Shown piece by piece: positions 41,578 through 50,118 of a DNA stretch of 64,000 nt. Below the pieces are notes generated by a model, which searched no databases, was not told where the DNA came from, and was given only the letters and a program-made list of their open reading frames with translations. Source of the DNA: a bacterium (GTDB lineage Bacteria; Electryoneota; RPQS01); assembly GCA_013360195.1 (NCBI GenBank), contig JABWCQ010000001.1, forward strand, positions 84,168 through 148,167, given 5' to 3'. The position numbers were made by a program, and so were the translations under genes. Positions within the stretch are counted from its first letter, which is position 1; every line of letters begins with the position of its first letter.

Positions 41578-42272
41578 AACAGCACCCACGTGCTTCCCGC
41601 TCCGACCGCCAATGCCCACACCCAGTCCCTGCGCGACACAAGCTGTATCATCGCCGCTGCGCTGCCCGCTCCCAGAAGTCCCGGCCAGATTCCTGAACAC
41701 AGCGCGTCCGTCGCTCGAACGACCTGCTCACCCGGTCCCAACGCGTAAAACTTGCCGAAGTACAGCATGAGTACGTAGTGACCGCTTATGACACCGGCAA
41801 GGGTGAACAGAAATCCCGCGCCGATATGCGTCCCAAGTGCCGCCAGCGTCCACTTCACACCCGAGTCCCCTCGCGCGCACGCGCTCACAAAATTCTCCGC
41901 TATCCTGTTCATCCGCTTGCGCACGAACGGTGCAAGCTCACGTCCGGCATGAGCGAAAATCAATCCGATTGCCGTCGCAAGCAACAGTACAATCCACGCC
42001 GGTTCTCCGGTCAACTCAGACGGAGCCACTCGCGCCGCCGTAGCTGTGGCAATGATAGCGCCGATGCTGCCCTCGGAAAACTTCGCGGCGCCGATCTGTA
42101 AATTCGCAAGCCACAAAAGTTCAAACAGCACTCCGAAGAACAGCCCTATCTCCGGTCTGTCCACCAGAAGTCCGTACAGCACACACGCGACGATCGGCTG
42201 TCCCAATAACGTCTGTCCTAAAACAGACGTATCCAGATAAACCACCGTTCCCGCGAGTGCAGCCAGCCACAT
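41574..42272 (-). CDS. PTS mannose/fructose/sorbose-family IIC component
   Basis: Polytopic membrane protein with the EIIC-Man-like N-terminus MWLAALAGTVVYLDTSVLGQTLLGQPIV. Confidence 0.7.
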   Translation of the reverse strand: MWLAALAGTVVYLDTSVLGQTLLGQPIVACVLYGLLVDRPEIGLFFGVLFELLWLANLQIGAAKFSEGSIGAIIATATAARVAPSELTGEPAWIVLLLATAIGLIFAHAGRELAPFVRKRMNRIAENFVSACARGDSGVKWTLAALGTHIGAGFLFTLAGVISGHYVLMLYFGKFYALGPGEQVVRATDALCSGIWPGLLGAGSAAAMIQLVSRRDWVWALAVGAGSTWVLL

Positions 42273-42277
42273 TGCCG

Positions 42278-43363
42278 TCAGAACTTCCGCTCAATCATCA
42301 AATGTGCCCAGTCTGCCAGCCAGTCACGGTACTTCGTCGGCGGAAGTGGATTAAGATACTTCATGCCTCGCTCCACGTGTGCCCGTGCACGTCGTGCCGT
42401 TTCTTCAATTCCCCCAAGCTCGACGAACAGCTTCGTCACCTCGCGAATCTGATCATGCGTCGCGTGAGCATTCCCCAGCGTCTCGTCAATCAACTCGCGC
42501 TGACTCTGGCTTGCCCGCATCCACGACTCCCGCGCAATCACCGTGCGCTTGCCTTCGCGAATATCCGCACCCACGGGCTTTCCGAGCAGCTTCTCGTCAC
42601 CGATGATTCCCAGAATGTCGTCCTGCAATTGAAACGCCGCGCCGCACGCGCTCGTAAACTGCTCCAGAGTCCGTACCAACGGATGCTTCAAATCCGGAGT
42701 ATTTAGTCCGATCGCTGCTCCTGATGCGCCTGCAAATTCGTACAGCGCACCCGTCTTTTTCCAGAGCATGTCTTCAATCTGCTCGCTCGTCAGATTGCCG
42801 ATTGGCTCCTTCGAATACTGCACGTCCAGCACTTCCCCCTCAACTAACGTGCACAGCACACGCGTATCCAACTCGTTAATCAGCGTCAGCGTCACCTCGG
42901 CCGCGATGCCAAACTTGCGTGTCAGCTCCGTCATCAAACTGATTCCCCAGCCGTGCTGCACATCCCCCGTTAGGACCGCGATGGATATCCCGTAGTGCGC
43001 CGAGTCCCCGTTATTGCCAAATCGCGCGATGGTCGAGGCTTTTTTGGCAAACCGCTCGTGCACCGTCGGTGCACCGCGCCGGGTCGGATCGCGGTCTATG
43101 ATATCGTCATGCACCAGCGTCCACGTATGGAAAATCTCCACCGCCGCTGCCGCACTTATCGCCTTTTCCTCGTCGCCGCCCACAGCGCCGCAGCAGAACA
43201 GCATCACCGCCGGACGCAGCCGCTTACCCCCCGACTCAAAATAGCACGTCACCGCCTCCCGGATATCCTCCGGGGAGAACAAATTCACATATCTCGGCGA
43301 CAGCACATATTCCTGAACCCTCGCCACCCGCTCCTCAATAGCCGTAAATAACCTGTCCGACAC
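42278..43363 (-). CDS. Polyprenyl diphosphate synthase (trans-isoprenyl diphosphate synthase family)
   Basis: First DDxxD (LVHDDIIDRD) and second motif (LQDDILGIIGDEKLLGKP). Confidence 0.85.
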   Translation of the reverse strand: MSDRLFTAIEERVARVQEYVLSPRYVNLFSPEDIREAVTCYFESGGKRLRPAVMLFCCGAVGGDEEKAISAAAAVEIFHTWTLVHDDIIDRDPTRRGAPTVHERFAKKASTIARFGNNGDSAHYGISIAVLTGDVQHGWGISLMTELTRKFGIAAEVTLTLINELDTRVLCTLVEGEVLDVQYSKEPIGNLTSEQIEDMLWKKTGALYEFAGASGAAIGLNTPDLKHPLVRTLEQFTSACGAAFQLQDDILGIIGDEKLLGKPVGADIREGKRTVIARESWMRASQSQRELIDETLGNAHATHDQIREVTKLFVELGGIEETARRARAHVERGMKYLNPLPPTKYRDWLADWAHLMIERKF

Positions 43364-43570
43364 TCAGTTGCTCCGGTAAAATTTCAACTAACAACAAAAA
43401 AACAAAGGCTTGGGATTAACCCAAGCCTATATAATACATGAAATTCCAATAACTTGCAACCAGTTTGTCAAACTGGACTGTTGCGCTGGCGCAGTAGCTG
43501 TTATCGTTGCTCTCGCCGAGATGGGTTCAGATCGTGCCAGTCAGGAAGGTACCACCCTGCCGGAATCTGC

Positions 43571-45217
43571 TCACCGTATCAATAAAACCTTCCCCACGGC
43601 CAACACCCCATCCGCTCTACGTAACTGCGCAAAATAGACTCCGCTCGCCAGCTCTGATGCATCAACTGAAACACTCGCGCGGTTTTCAATTTTTCCTCTA
43701 AAAACGTTAGCGGCAACTCTTCCCGTCACGTCATACAATAGAACTTCATACTCGCCCGCCCGCGCAACCTCAATTACCAATGTCGTCACAGCATTAAACG
43801 GATTGGGATAGGCGGACAATGTGAACTTGTCAGATAGAAGCACTTGCGGTGTCGGCGCTACAAACTCGCTCGTGTCATGATGCGCTGTGTCTGGATCAGA
43901 ATTCAGCCAAGGGATGAATCTTATGCTGTCATCCACGCTGGCGCCTTGTCCCGCAGGATTATTCTGCGGATGAAACGGCCCGCTCTCATGTCCCCACCAA
44001 TTTTGACGTGCGTCAACGACTGAATTGCCTTCCACAAAGAAATCCATTCCGGGAAAATCCTGAGCAAACGAATTCAAACGTAGGTAGATTGTGTCATGCA
44101 CAGCCATGTCCTCGATTGCTATCTGAGGTTTGTTTAACGTCAAGCTATCTCCGAAGATTGTACTCATAATCTCAGCTGAGCTTTTCAGGCGAATCCCTGA
44201 CGCAATGCCGCGAATGTCGTGCGTTTGGTCCACTCGGTTGCTGTCCATCTTACACAGAAATCCGCGCTCAACATTATTACAGTGAACATAGATCGGTTCG
44301 CCTCCCGACGATGGATTTCCGCCCGGCGAGCCACAATCGATAAATCGATTATTAGTCAACTCGATTGCACATTCCCAGCCTTTTTGTTGCTGAAAACACG
44401 TGTCAATAACCTCTAATATTCCCGAACCTCCATATCTGACATTCTCGAAAATACAATCTCGAATCTTTGAGCCACATCGCGGCCTGATTTGGATAGCTTG
44501 AATACTCAATGTGTCCAGCCCAAGAAAATGGCATCGTTCAATGACCAGACTATCACCTTGCCCGAGAAACATGCGCGTACCTCCGCGGTGGGTGAATAGG
44601 CAATCCCTAATGTACCCGCCGCGACCCGCTGTTACTAATCCAAGTGTCGCACCGTCAAACCAAGTGCTGTCCGCATACAACCGACCTCGCCATAAACCTG
44701 TGTACACCGCCGTTCTAAGAGATCCAATAAAGCGGCAATTCTTGACAGTTATTCTGTCAATTTGTGAAATTCCGCTTTGCACAGAATCAAAAATGCAACG
44801 CTCGAATGTGACCTCTCGAACTGTCGTATCGCCGACTATCCCTGCCGGTCTTGTGCCGGGTCTTCCCCATGTCATCTCACTCCTATTGCGGAACACGATA
44901 TCCTCGAAATTCACTTTGCCACCGGTCAGCGTCACGCAGCGCAATGTGTCTGAACCTGCGAGGTCGGTCGGATCTATGACAGAGAATTCAGTCGTTTGGG
45001 AATCAATTCTCGCTTCACCGCGTATCAAGAAGTCTATTGGCGGTGCGACTAGTGACTCAATATACTCCCCGGGCGCAACAAGAATTGTGTCGCCGTTAAG
45101 TACAGCGCTTAATGCAAGTTGAATGGTCGGATACTCGCTGGGAACACGCAAGACGGCGCCTGAAGTCAGACTGATGCACGCAGCGAATGACATGAGAAAT
45201 GCGATTGCTGCTCTCAT
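43571..45217 (-). CDS. Secreted right-handed parallel beta-helix repeat protein with a Por/T9SS-type (FlgD-Ig-like) C-terminal sorting domain
   Basis: Signal peptide. Repeated beta-helix rungs (..NNRFIDCGS.., ..IRDCIFENV.., ..ITVKNCRFIGS..). C-terminus LSAYPNPFN..LLYDVTGRVAANVF..ASGVYFAQL matches the CTD signature. Confidence 0.7.
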   Translation of the reverse strand: MRAAIAFLMSFAACISLTSGAVLRVPSEYPTIQLALSAVLNGDTILVAPGEYIESLVAPPIDFLIRGEARIDSQTTEFSVIDPTDLAGSDTLRCVTLTGGKVNFEDIVFRNRSEMTWGRPGTRPAGIVGDTTVREVTFERCIFDSVQSGISQIDRITVKNCRFIGSLRTAVYTGLWRGRLYADSTWFDGATLGLVTAGRGGYIRDCLFTHRGGTRMFLGQGDSLVIERCHFLGLDTLSIQAIQIRPRCGSKIRDCIFENVRYGGSGILEVIDTCFQQQKGWECAIELTNNRFIDCGSPGGNPSSGGEPIYVHCNNVERGFLCKMDSNRVDQTHDIRGIASGIRLKSSAEIMSTIFGDSLTLNKPQIAIEDMAVHDTIYLRLNSFAQDFPGMDFFVEGNSVVDARQNWWGHESGPFHPQNNPAGQGASVDDSIRFIPWLNSDPDTAHHDTSEFVAPTPQVLLSDKFTLSAYPNPFNAVTTLVIEVARAGEYEVLLYDVTGRVAANVFRGKIENRASVSVDASELASGVYFAQLRRADGVLAVGKVLLIR

Positions 45218-45696
45218 GGACAGCTCAACACACCGTAACTTAGTGTGCCTTCGGCTTTACAGTTGGAATCACAATCATCACAATCCAATCCCTCATCACA
45301 AGGGCGCTTGCAAACATGGAGTCGATAACTGTACGCGGCATACAAATATACGGACTTTTGTCCGTCACAGAATTGATTTGAGCAGTTGGAACTGACTGAA
45401 TCCACAAGCGATGAACTGCCGACCTTTTCGACAATTACACATGAGTTGCAATTGCAGGATTTTATGCAACTGTAGACTTTTGCTGATAACGTGTAGTACC
45501 CATTGCAACCGACCTGAAAAACCGAGGACTGTGTGCAGCCCGCCAATGAACTTCCACAGTCTTCAAAATCGCCAGAACAAGTTTGATCAACCGCGCTGAC
45601 GCAAATCGTACACTGCGCAAAAATCTGCGCATTTCCAAAACACAAAAAAACCGCAAGCATAACCGCTGCGGTAAAGGTGGAAGGTGCTTTCCTCAT
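45214..45696 (-). CDS. Cysteine-rich small secreted protein (about 24 Cys in a ~130-aa mature chain)
   Basis: Signal peptide MRKAPSTFTAAVMLAVFLCFGNAQIFA, then CTIC...SCNCNSC...CDDCDSNC. Stop overlaps the downstream beta-helix gene start by 4 nt. Confidence 0.55.
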   Translation of the reverse strand: MRKAPSTFTAAVMLAVFLCFGNAQIFAQCTICVSAVDQTCSGDFEDCGSSLAGCTQSSVFQVGCNGYYTLSAKVYSCIKSCNCNSCVIVEKVGSSSLVDSVSSNCSNQFCDGQKSVYLYAAYSYRLHVCKRPCDEGLDCDDCDSNCKAEGTLSYGVLSCP

Positions 45697-45914
45697 CGCG
45701 TGCCTCCGTTTTCGGCTATGTTTTCCGCCCTATCGTGCACCGCCCTTTGGTGCACGGTACAGAAGATAATGCCGGAATCACTAATTGTCAAGCCTCTCAA
45801 CCCCCAATCACGCCTCTCCATTTTCCCCCTAAATCCCGTAAGTTCAATGCCAAAATCCTTTAACTGCAAACTGAACAAATGTTTATAAAAATGCATTTTT
45901 TGTGGAACAAATAC

Positions 45915-45943
45915 TTGACACATACGTTCATAAAGTGTATATT
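45915..45943 (+). promoter_or_regulatory. Orphan sigma70-like promoter in an AT-rich 345-bp intergenic region
   Basis: TTGACA-N17-TATATT. No plus-strand ORF lies downstream; a transcript would run antisense into the 3' end of the tolC-like gene. Confidence 0.4.
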
Positions 45944-46041
45944 GCATTCAGAATTCGCTGCATCTTCTCATCACATAAAAGAGAAAAGCGGATGCGATTA
46001 GCACCCGCTATCTAATATCCTATTTCTATTTTCCTGGTTTG

Positions 46042-47466
46042 CTATCTAAGGGCTTTGCCCACCGCCAATTCCAGCGCGATCAAGCTTGACTGATACTCAA
46101 GCTCTTTTGACAGATGATCCGTCTCAGCACGTTCATAAGTCACCTGCGCATCTCTTAAAGAGAGTGCCGAGGTCGCACCCAAACGATAGCGTTCGCGCTC
46201 AAGTTCTAATGTACGATTGGCAAGCTCTCGATTGCGATTTGTTATCTGCATCTGATCATATACCGTCTCGAGATTGCGAAACGCTTCCCGCACCCCGCGT
46301 TCAACCGATAACCGCAAATCCCGCTCGGATTCCTTTGCCCGCTGCAAATCCACACGTTTCGATTGCACGTCGTATTCGCGGGCAAAACCGTCGAAGATGT
46401 TCCAACTCAAGCTTGCATAATACGTCGTATTCCGGTTGCGCGGGTCAAGCGTAAATGCCTGATCTGCACCCGACTGCTCGCTGGCCGAACGCGATGCGCC
46501 AATACTGACACGCGGCAGATAGGCTCCCTTCGAATAGCCGACGTTGCTCCGTGCCTGCTTAACCTGAAGCACCGCGATCTCCAAATCCGTGCGGTTCTGC
46601 CAGGCCTGCGAAACTAAATTGTCCAACTCAAATTGATAGGGTGACAAACCGCCCGCTTCGGAAATCGGGAAACGGCTCTCCAAAGCGATTCCCAATGTTT
46701 GATTGAGTTCTTCCCGCCGCTTCTCAAGCTCGCGTTCAGAGCTGGCAATCGTATTCTCAGCCGTCCCCAACTCGATTTCTGCCTGCAGCACGTCAAGCTC
46801 CGTCACCGCGCCCACTTCAAACCGGGCCTTCGCCAAATCAAATGCATCCTGCCGCTGATCACGCAGGCGCTTGTTCAGCGCGACGACCTTCTCCAAGGTC
46901 AACACGCCCACAACCTGCTGAGCAATCGTCCGCGTCAGCGTCTTGTGAGCCTCTTCCACGGAAAGCGTGTTAATCTTCTTCTGAGCCTGGGCAATCCTGT
47001 ACAGAAAGATCCGCTGCCCGCCTTCAAACAACGACAGATTCGCGTTCACGTTCCACGAACTCGACCGCGACTTGCCTTCCGTCGGGTTCTGTGTTACCGT
47101 GATTGTATCGAGTTGAAGCTGGCCGTTTGAATCCGGAACAATCACCACTTCTTCAAAACTGATGGGAAGCGAGGAAACGCTTCCGTCCGGATTGCGGAAC
47201 GTGCGATTCTCAAACTGCGATTCGGAAAAGTCCAAGCCAAGACTAATTGTCGGCAAAAACCGGCCAATGGCCGCAAGGTCGCCGACACGATTCAACTTCA
47301 GCGCCAATTCCGATTGCCTGACCTGCGGATTGTTCCGCAACCCTATCGAAACAAGCGAATCAAGCGACAATGGAGACTGGCTGTCAATTCTGACCGGCCG
47401 TTCCGCCGCTTGAACACAACCCAACATAATACCCCAGATGACCACCCACCAGATAACACTCCGCAC
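46042..47466 (-). CDS. TolC-family outer-membrane efflux protein
   Basis: Signal peptide plus the duplicated OEP helical-repeat pattern (..NPQVRQSELALK.., ..NRTDLEIAVLQVKQAR..). Confidence 0.8.
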   Translation of the reverse strand: MRSVIWWVVIWGIMLGCVQAAERPVRIDSQSPLSLDSLVSIGLRNNPQVRQSELALKLNRVGDLAAIGRFLPTISLGLDFSESQFENRTFRNPDGSVSSLPISFEEVVIVPDSNGQLQLDTITVTQNPTEGKSRSSSWNVNANLSLFEGGQRIFLYRIAQAQKKINTLSVEEAHKTLTRTIAQQVVGVLTLEKVVALNKRLRDQRQDAFDLAKARFEVGAVTELDVLQAEIELGTAENTIASSERELEKRREELNQTLGIALESRFPISEAGGLSPYQFELDNLVSQAWQNRTDLEIAVLQVKQARSNVGYSKGAYLPRVSIGASRSASEQSGADQAFTLDPRNRNTTYYASLSWNIFDGFAREYDVQSKRVDLQRAKESERDLRLSVERGVREAFRNLETVYDQMQITNRNRELANRTLELERERYRLGATSALSLRDAQVTYERAETDHLSKELEYQSSLIALELAVGKALR

Positions 47467-47468
47467 GC

Positions 47469-48896
47469 TTAGTACTCCAAATACTGATCTTTGATTTCGT
47501 ACAGGTAGTCGAGCACGGCGTCGTGCTCGTTGGCAACCTTGCCCTCAAGAATTGCTTCTTCAAGAGCGGTCTTAATCTTTCCGACTAAGGGACCCGGCGA
47601 GAGGTTGCAAACTCGCATGATTTCCTCGCCCCGTACAGGACTCTGGAACGACCGAAGTTGATCCCCCTCGATGACCTCGGATATTCGCTTCTTCAGTGCC
47701 TCAAACTGAGTCAGGTAACGCTTGACTTTTCTGGGGTTAGCTGACGTGATATCCGCGCGGCACAGGGTCAGCAAGTCTTCCAAATCCGCACCCGCGTCCA
47801 CGATTAACCGCCTGACTGCAGAATCCGTCACCTGCTCACGTGTCAAGTTTATGGGACGCATGTGCAAAGCCGTCATCTTGGTCAATTTTGCGACCGTCTT
47901 TTCCGGAAGCTTCAGCCTCCTGCCGATCGGCTTCAACATTCGGCTACCAACATCCTCGTGGCCATGAAAGGTCCAGCCCTGCTCCGGGAAGAAGCGTTTC
48001 GTCCTGGGCTTGGCGATATCATGAACCAATGCGGCCAGTCGCATTACCGGGTCATCGGTCAATTCTGAAATCCGGTCAACGACGAGCAGGGTATGATCAA
48101 ACACGTCCTTGTGGTGATGCTGCCCCACCTGCTCGACTCCGGCGAGGTCTGAGATTTCTTTGAAGATGATTGCCATTACTCCGGTCTCATGCATTAACCG
48201 GAGGCCAATCGAGGGTTTACCCGCACTCATCAGCTTCATCAGTTCATCTGTGATGCGCTCCTGGCTGACGATTTTCAGCCGCGGAGCCATTGCCTTGCAG
48301 GCTGCCAGCGTCGCGGGATGAATGTCAAACTCAAGCTGTGCCGCAAACCGGAGCGCTCGCATAATGCGCAGCGGATCTTCCGAAAATGTTTGTTCCGGCT
48401 CCTTGGGTGTGCGCAAGATTTTTCGCCGCAAGTCGCCGAGACCGTCGTAATGGTCAATCAACTCGCCGAACCGTTCGCCATTCAGACTTGCCGCGAGCGC
48501 ATTCACCGTAAAGTCCCGCCGTGCGAGATCATCGTCGAGCGCTCCTTCCCAAACTTTCGGTTTGCGCGACTGTGACTCATAGGATTCGGCACGCGCCGTA
48601 ACGAAATCCAACTGATAACCACGATACGGCACCATAGCCGTTCCGAACCGCTCGAACAGAACCGGCTGTCTTACACCGAATTCCTGCGCGACGTGTTTTG
48701 CGAAAGTCACCGCGTCTCCGATGACTGTGAAATCAATGTCCTTGACCTTCTTGCCCAGCAGTTTGTCCCGCACAAATCCACCGACGGCATATATTTCCAG
48801 TCCGTGCTCATCTGCGATATGACCCAGTCGCTCGAGAACCCTGGACTCCGAGCGCCGCAGAAGCCTTGTTGTTGCTTTTGTCCTCAAGGTTGTCAT
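47469..48896 (-). CDS. cca: CCA tRNA nucleotidyltransferase / poly(A) polymerase family with HD domain
   Basis: LEIYAVGGFVRDKLLGKKVKDIDF (pol-beta head) and the HD motif ..LVHDIAKP... Start taken at MTTLRTK (48896), which forms ATGA with the TPR gene stop. Confidence 0.8.
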   Translation of the reverse strand: MTTLRTKATTRLLRRSESRVLERLGHIADEHGLEIYAVGGFVRDKLLGKKVKDIDFTVIGDAVTFAKHVAQEFGVRQPVLFERFGTAMVPYRGYQLDFVTARAESYESQSRKPKVWEGALDDDLARRDFTVNALAASLNGERFGELIDHYDGLGDLRRKILRTPKEPEQTFSEDPLRIMRALRFAAQLEFDIHPATLAACKAMAPRLKIVSQERITDELMKLMSAGKPSIGLRLMHETGVMAIIFKEISDLAGVEQVGQHHHKDVFDHTLLVVDRISELTDDPVMRLAALVHDIAKPRTKRFFPEQGWTFHGHEDVGSRMLKPIGRRLKLPEKTVAKLTKMTALHMRPINLTREQVTDSAVRRLIVDAGADLEDLLTLCRADITSANPRKVKRYLTQFEALKKRISEVIEGDQLRSFQSPVRGEEIMRVCNLSPGPLVGKIKTALEEAILEGKVANEHDAVLDYLYEIKDQYLEY

Positions 48897-49933
48897 CTCT
48901 TCGCTCCTCGGCCAAGGCGAGACCTCAGAGCCTTGAGAGTATCCTTCCGCCGTTCGAGAGCATAAGGAGTCGCTGCTGCGGCCAAACCTGCACGGGCATA
49001 ACTCAGAGCGGCGTCGGAATCTCCTAACATATCCGAGCAATCCATCAATGTGCGATAAAGTCCAATCACTTCGTAACCGTTTTGAAACTCAAGTTGGGTA
49101 TACTGCTCCAGCAAAACAAGCGCTGACTCGCGTGCCTTCTCCCATTGCTCTGTTCGCTTCTCCAGAGCAAGCTTGGGCATCCAGAATGTACGACTCCTGG
49201 GAAATCTCTCCAAACCCGCTTGGACCATGCTGTCGGCAAGTTCGTAATTTTCTTCTTGAAGTGCGAGCCAAACCATCGAGCTTAAGGCTGCGTATTGTGA
49301 GAACTTGGAGTGTTTGAGCCCGATGTTCAAATCCTCCCAGCCTTGCCGCTTTGACGGCACTCCCGGCAGCCAACGGAAGAACCCCATATTGCTCGCTGCG
49401 GCATAGCGATAGGCGCCCCTCCCGACATAGGCATCGTAAAACTCACTGTCCAGTTCTATGGCTGCATCAAAGTGACTGCGGGAGGCCATTAATCGGCGGA
49501 TTCCGTCCACAGACCGGCCTTGCCGGTGGCGGGTCAGACCGGATACCGAGTAGGCTGCACCAATCAAGTACTCACGTTCTGCAGCCGCGCTATCTGGAGC
49601 CAGCTGTTCCCACTCTTTACAGACCGCGAGACACGTTTCGACATGCTGTTCAAGCTCTGCTGTGCCTGTTGTGTCTTCAAAATCACAAAGCTTTGCATAT
49701 ATTACACTTGCACGGGCATATGCCCCCGCAGGGTGAGTCGGCCATTCTTTATCCAACTGCTGACAGATGGAATCGGCCGCTTCATAATAATGTCCCATCA
49801 GCGTGTCAAAGAGTGCTCTATAGCCGTCAAGTGGGCTTGGCTGCACGTGATTTTGTGCGAAAGATATTTCACACGTGCAGGCAAGTAAGAGGCAAGTTAC
49901 TGTAAAGCTGGAATGACACACCACGGATTGCAA
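48893..49933 (-). CDS. Secreted TPR-like repeat protein
   Basis: Signal peptide. Helical repeats with the W/Y-LG-Y pattern. Confidence 0.5.
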   Translation of the reverse strand: MQSVVCHSSFTVTCLLLACTCEISFAQNHVQPSPLDGYRALFDTLMGHYYEAADSICQQLDKEWPTHPAGAYARASVIYAKLCDFEDTTGTAELEQHVETCLAVCKEWEQLAPDSAAAEREYLIGAAYSVSGLTRHRQGRSVDGIRRLMASRSHFDAAIELDSEFYDAYVGRGAYRYAAASNMGFFRWLPGVPSKRQGWEDLNIGLKHSKFSQYAALSSMVWLALQEENYELADSMVQAGLERFPRSRTFWMPKLALEKRTEQWEKARESALVLLEQYTQLEFQNGYEVIGLYRTLMDCSDMLGDSDAALSYARAGLAAAATPYALERRKDTLKALRSRLGRGAKR

Positions 49934-50118
49934 AAACCTATGCGCTGATTATTCAATAGTTTTGACAGATGGAAGGTACGACAATTGAGTCAAAAAACAA
50001 ATATCAGGACGCAAATCACTTTTAAGAAAGTGCTTTAATCTCTGGAGTTACGGCCGCGAATTGACTATATTTTAGGGATTTCATGGAACGGGCTGGATAA
50101 AACTGTGACAGGACGGGA

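Noticed and set aside
44511-45122. 203-aa plus-strand ORF
   Set aside because: Antisense to the beta-helix/T9SS-CTD gene. Pro/Ser/Arg-rich with no start context.
45992-46015. 7-codon ORF (MRLAPAI) downstream of the orphan sigma70-like promoter
   Set aside because: Too short and lacks a convincing RBS. More plausibly part of a non-coding transcript, if the promoter is real.
47469-49040. 48-codon N-terminal extension of the CCA enzyme (MLGYVRRFRRRSELCPC...)
   Set aside because: The Arg/Cys-rich extension overlaps the TPR gene 3' end. The ATG at 48896 forms a standard ATGA coupling and precedes the conserved pol-beta head motif.
49351-49905. 184-aa and 122-aa plus-strand ORFs
   Set aside because: Antisense shadows inside the TPR-protein gene.
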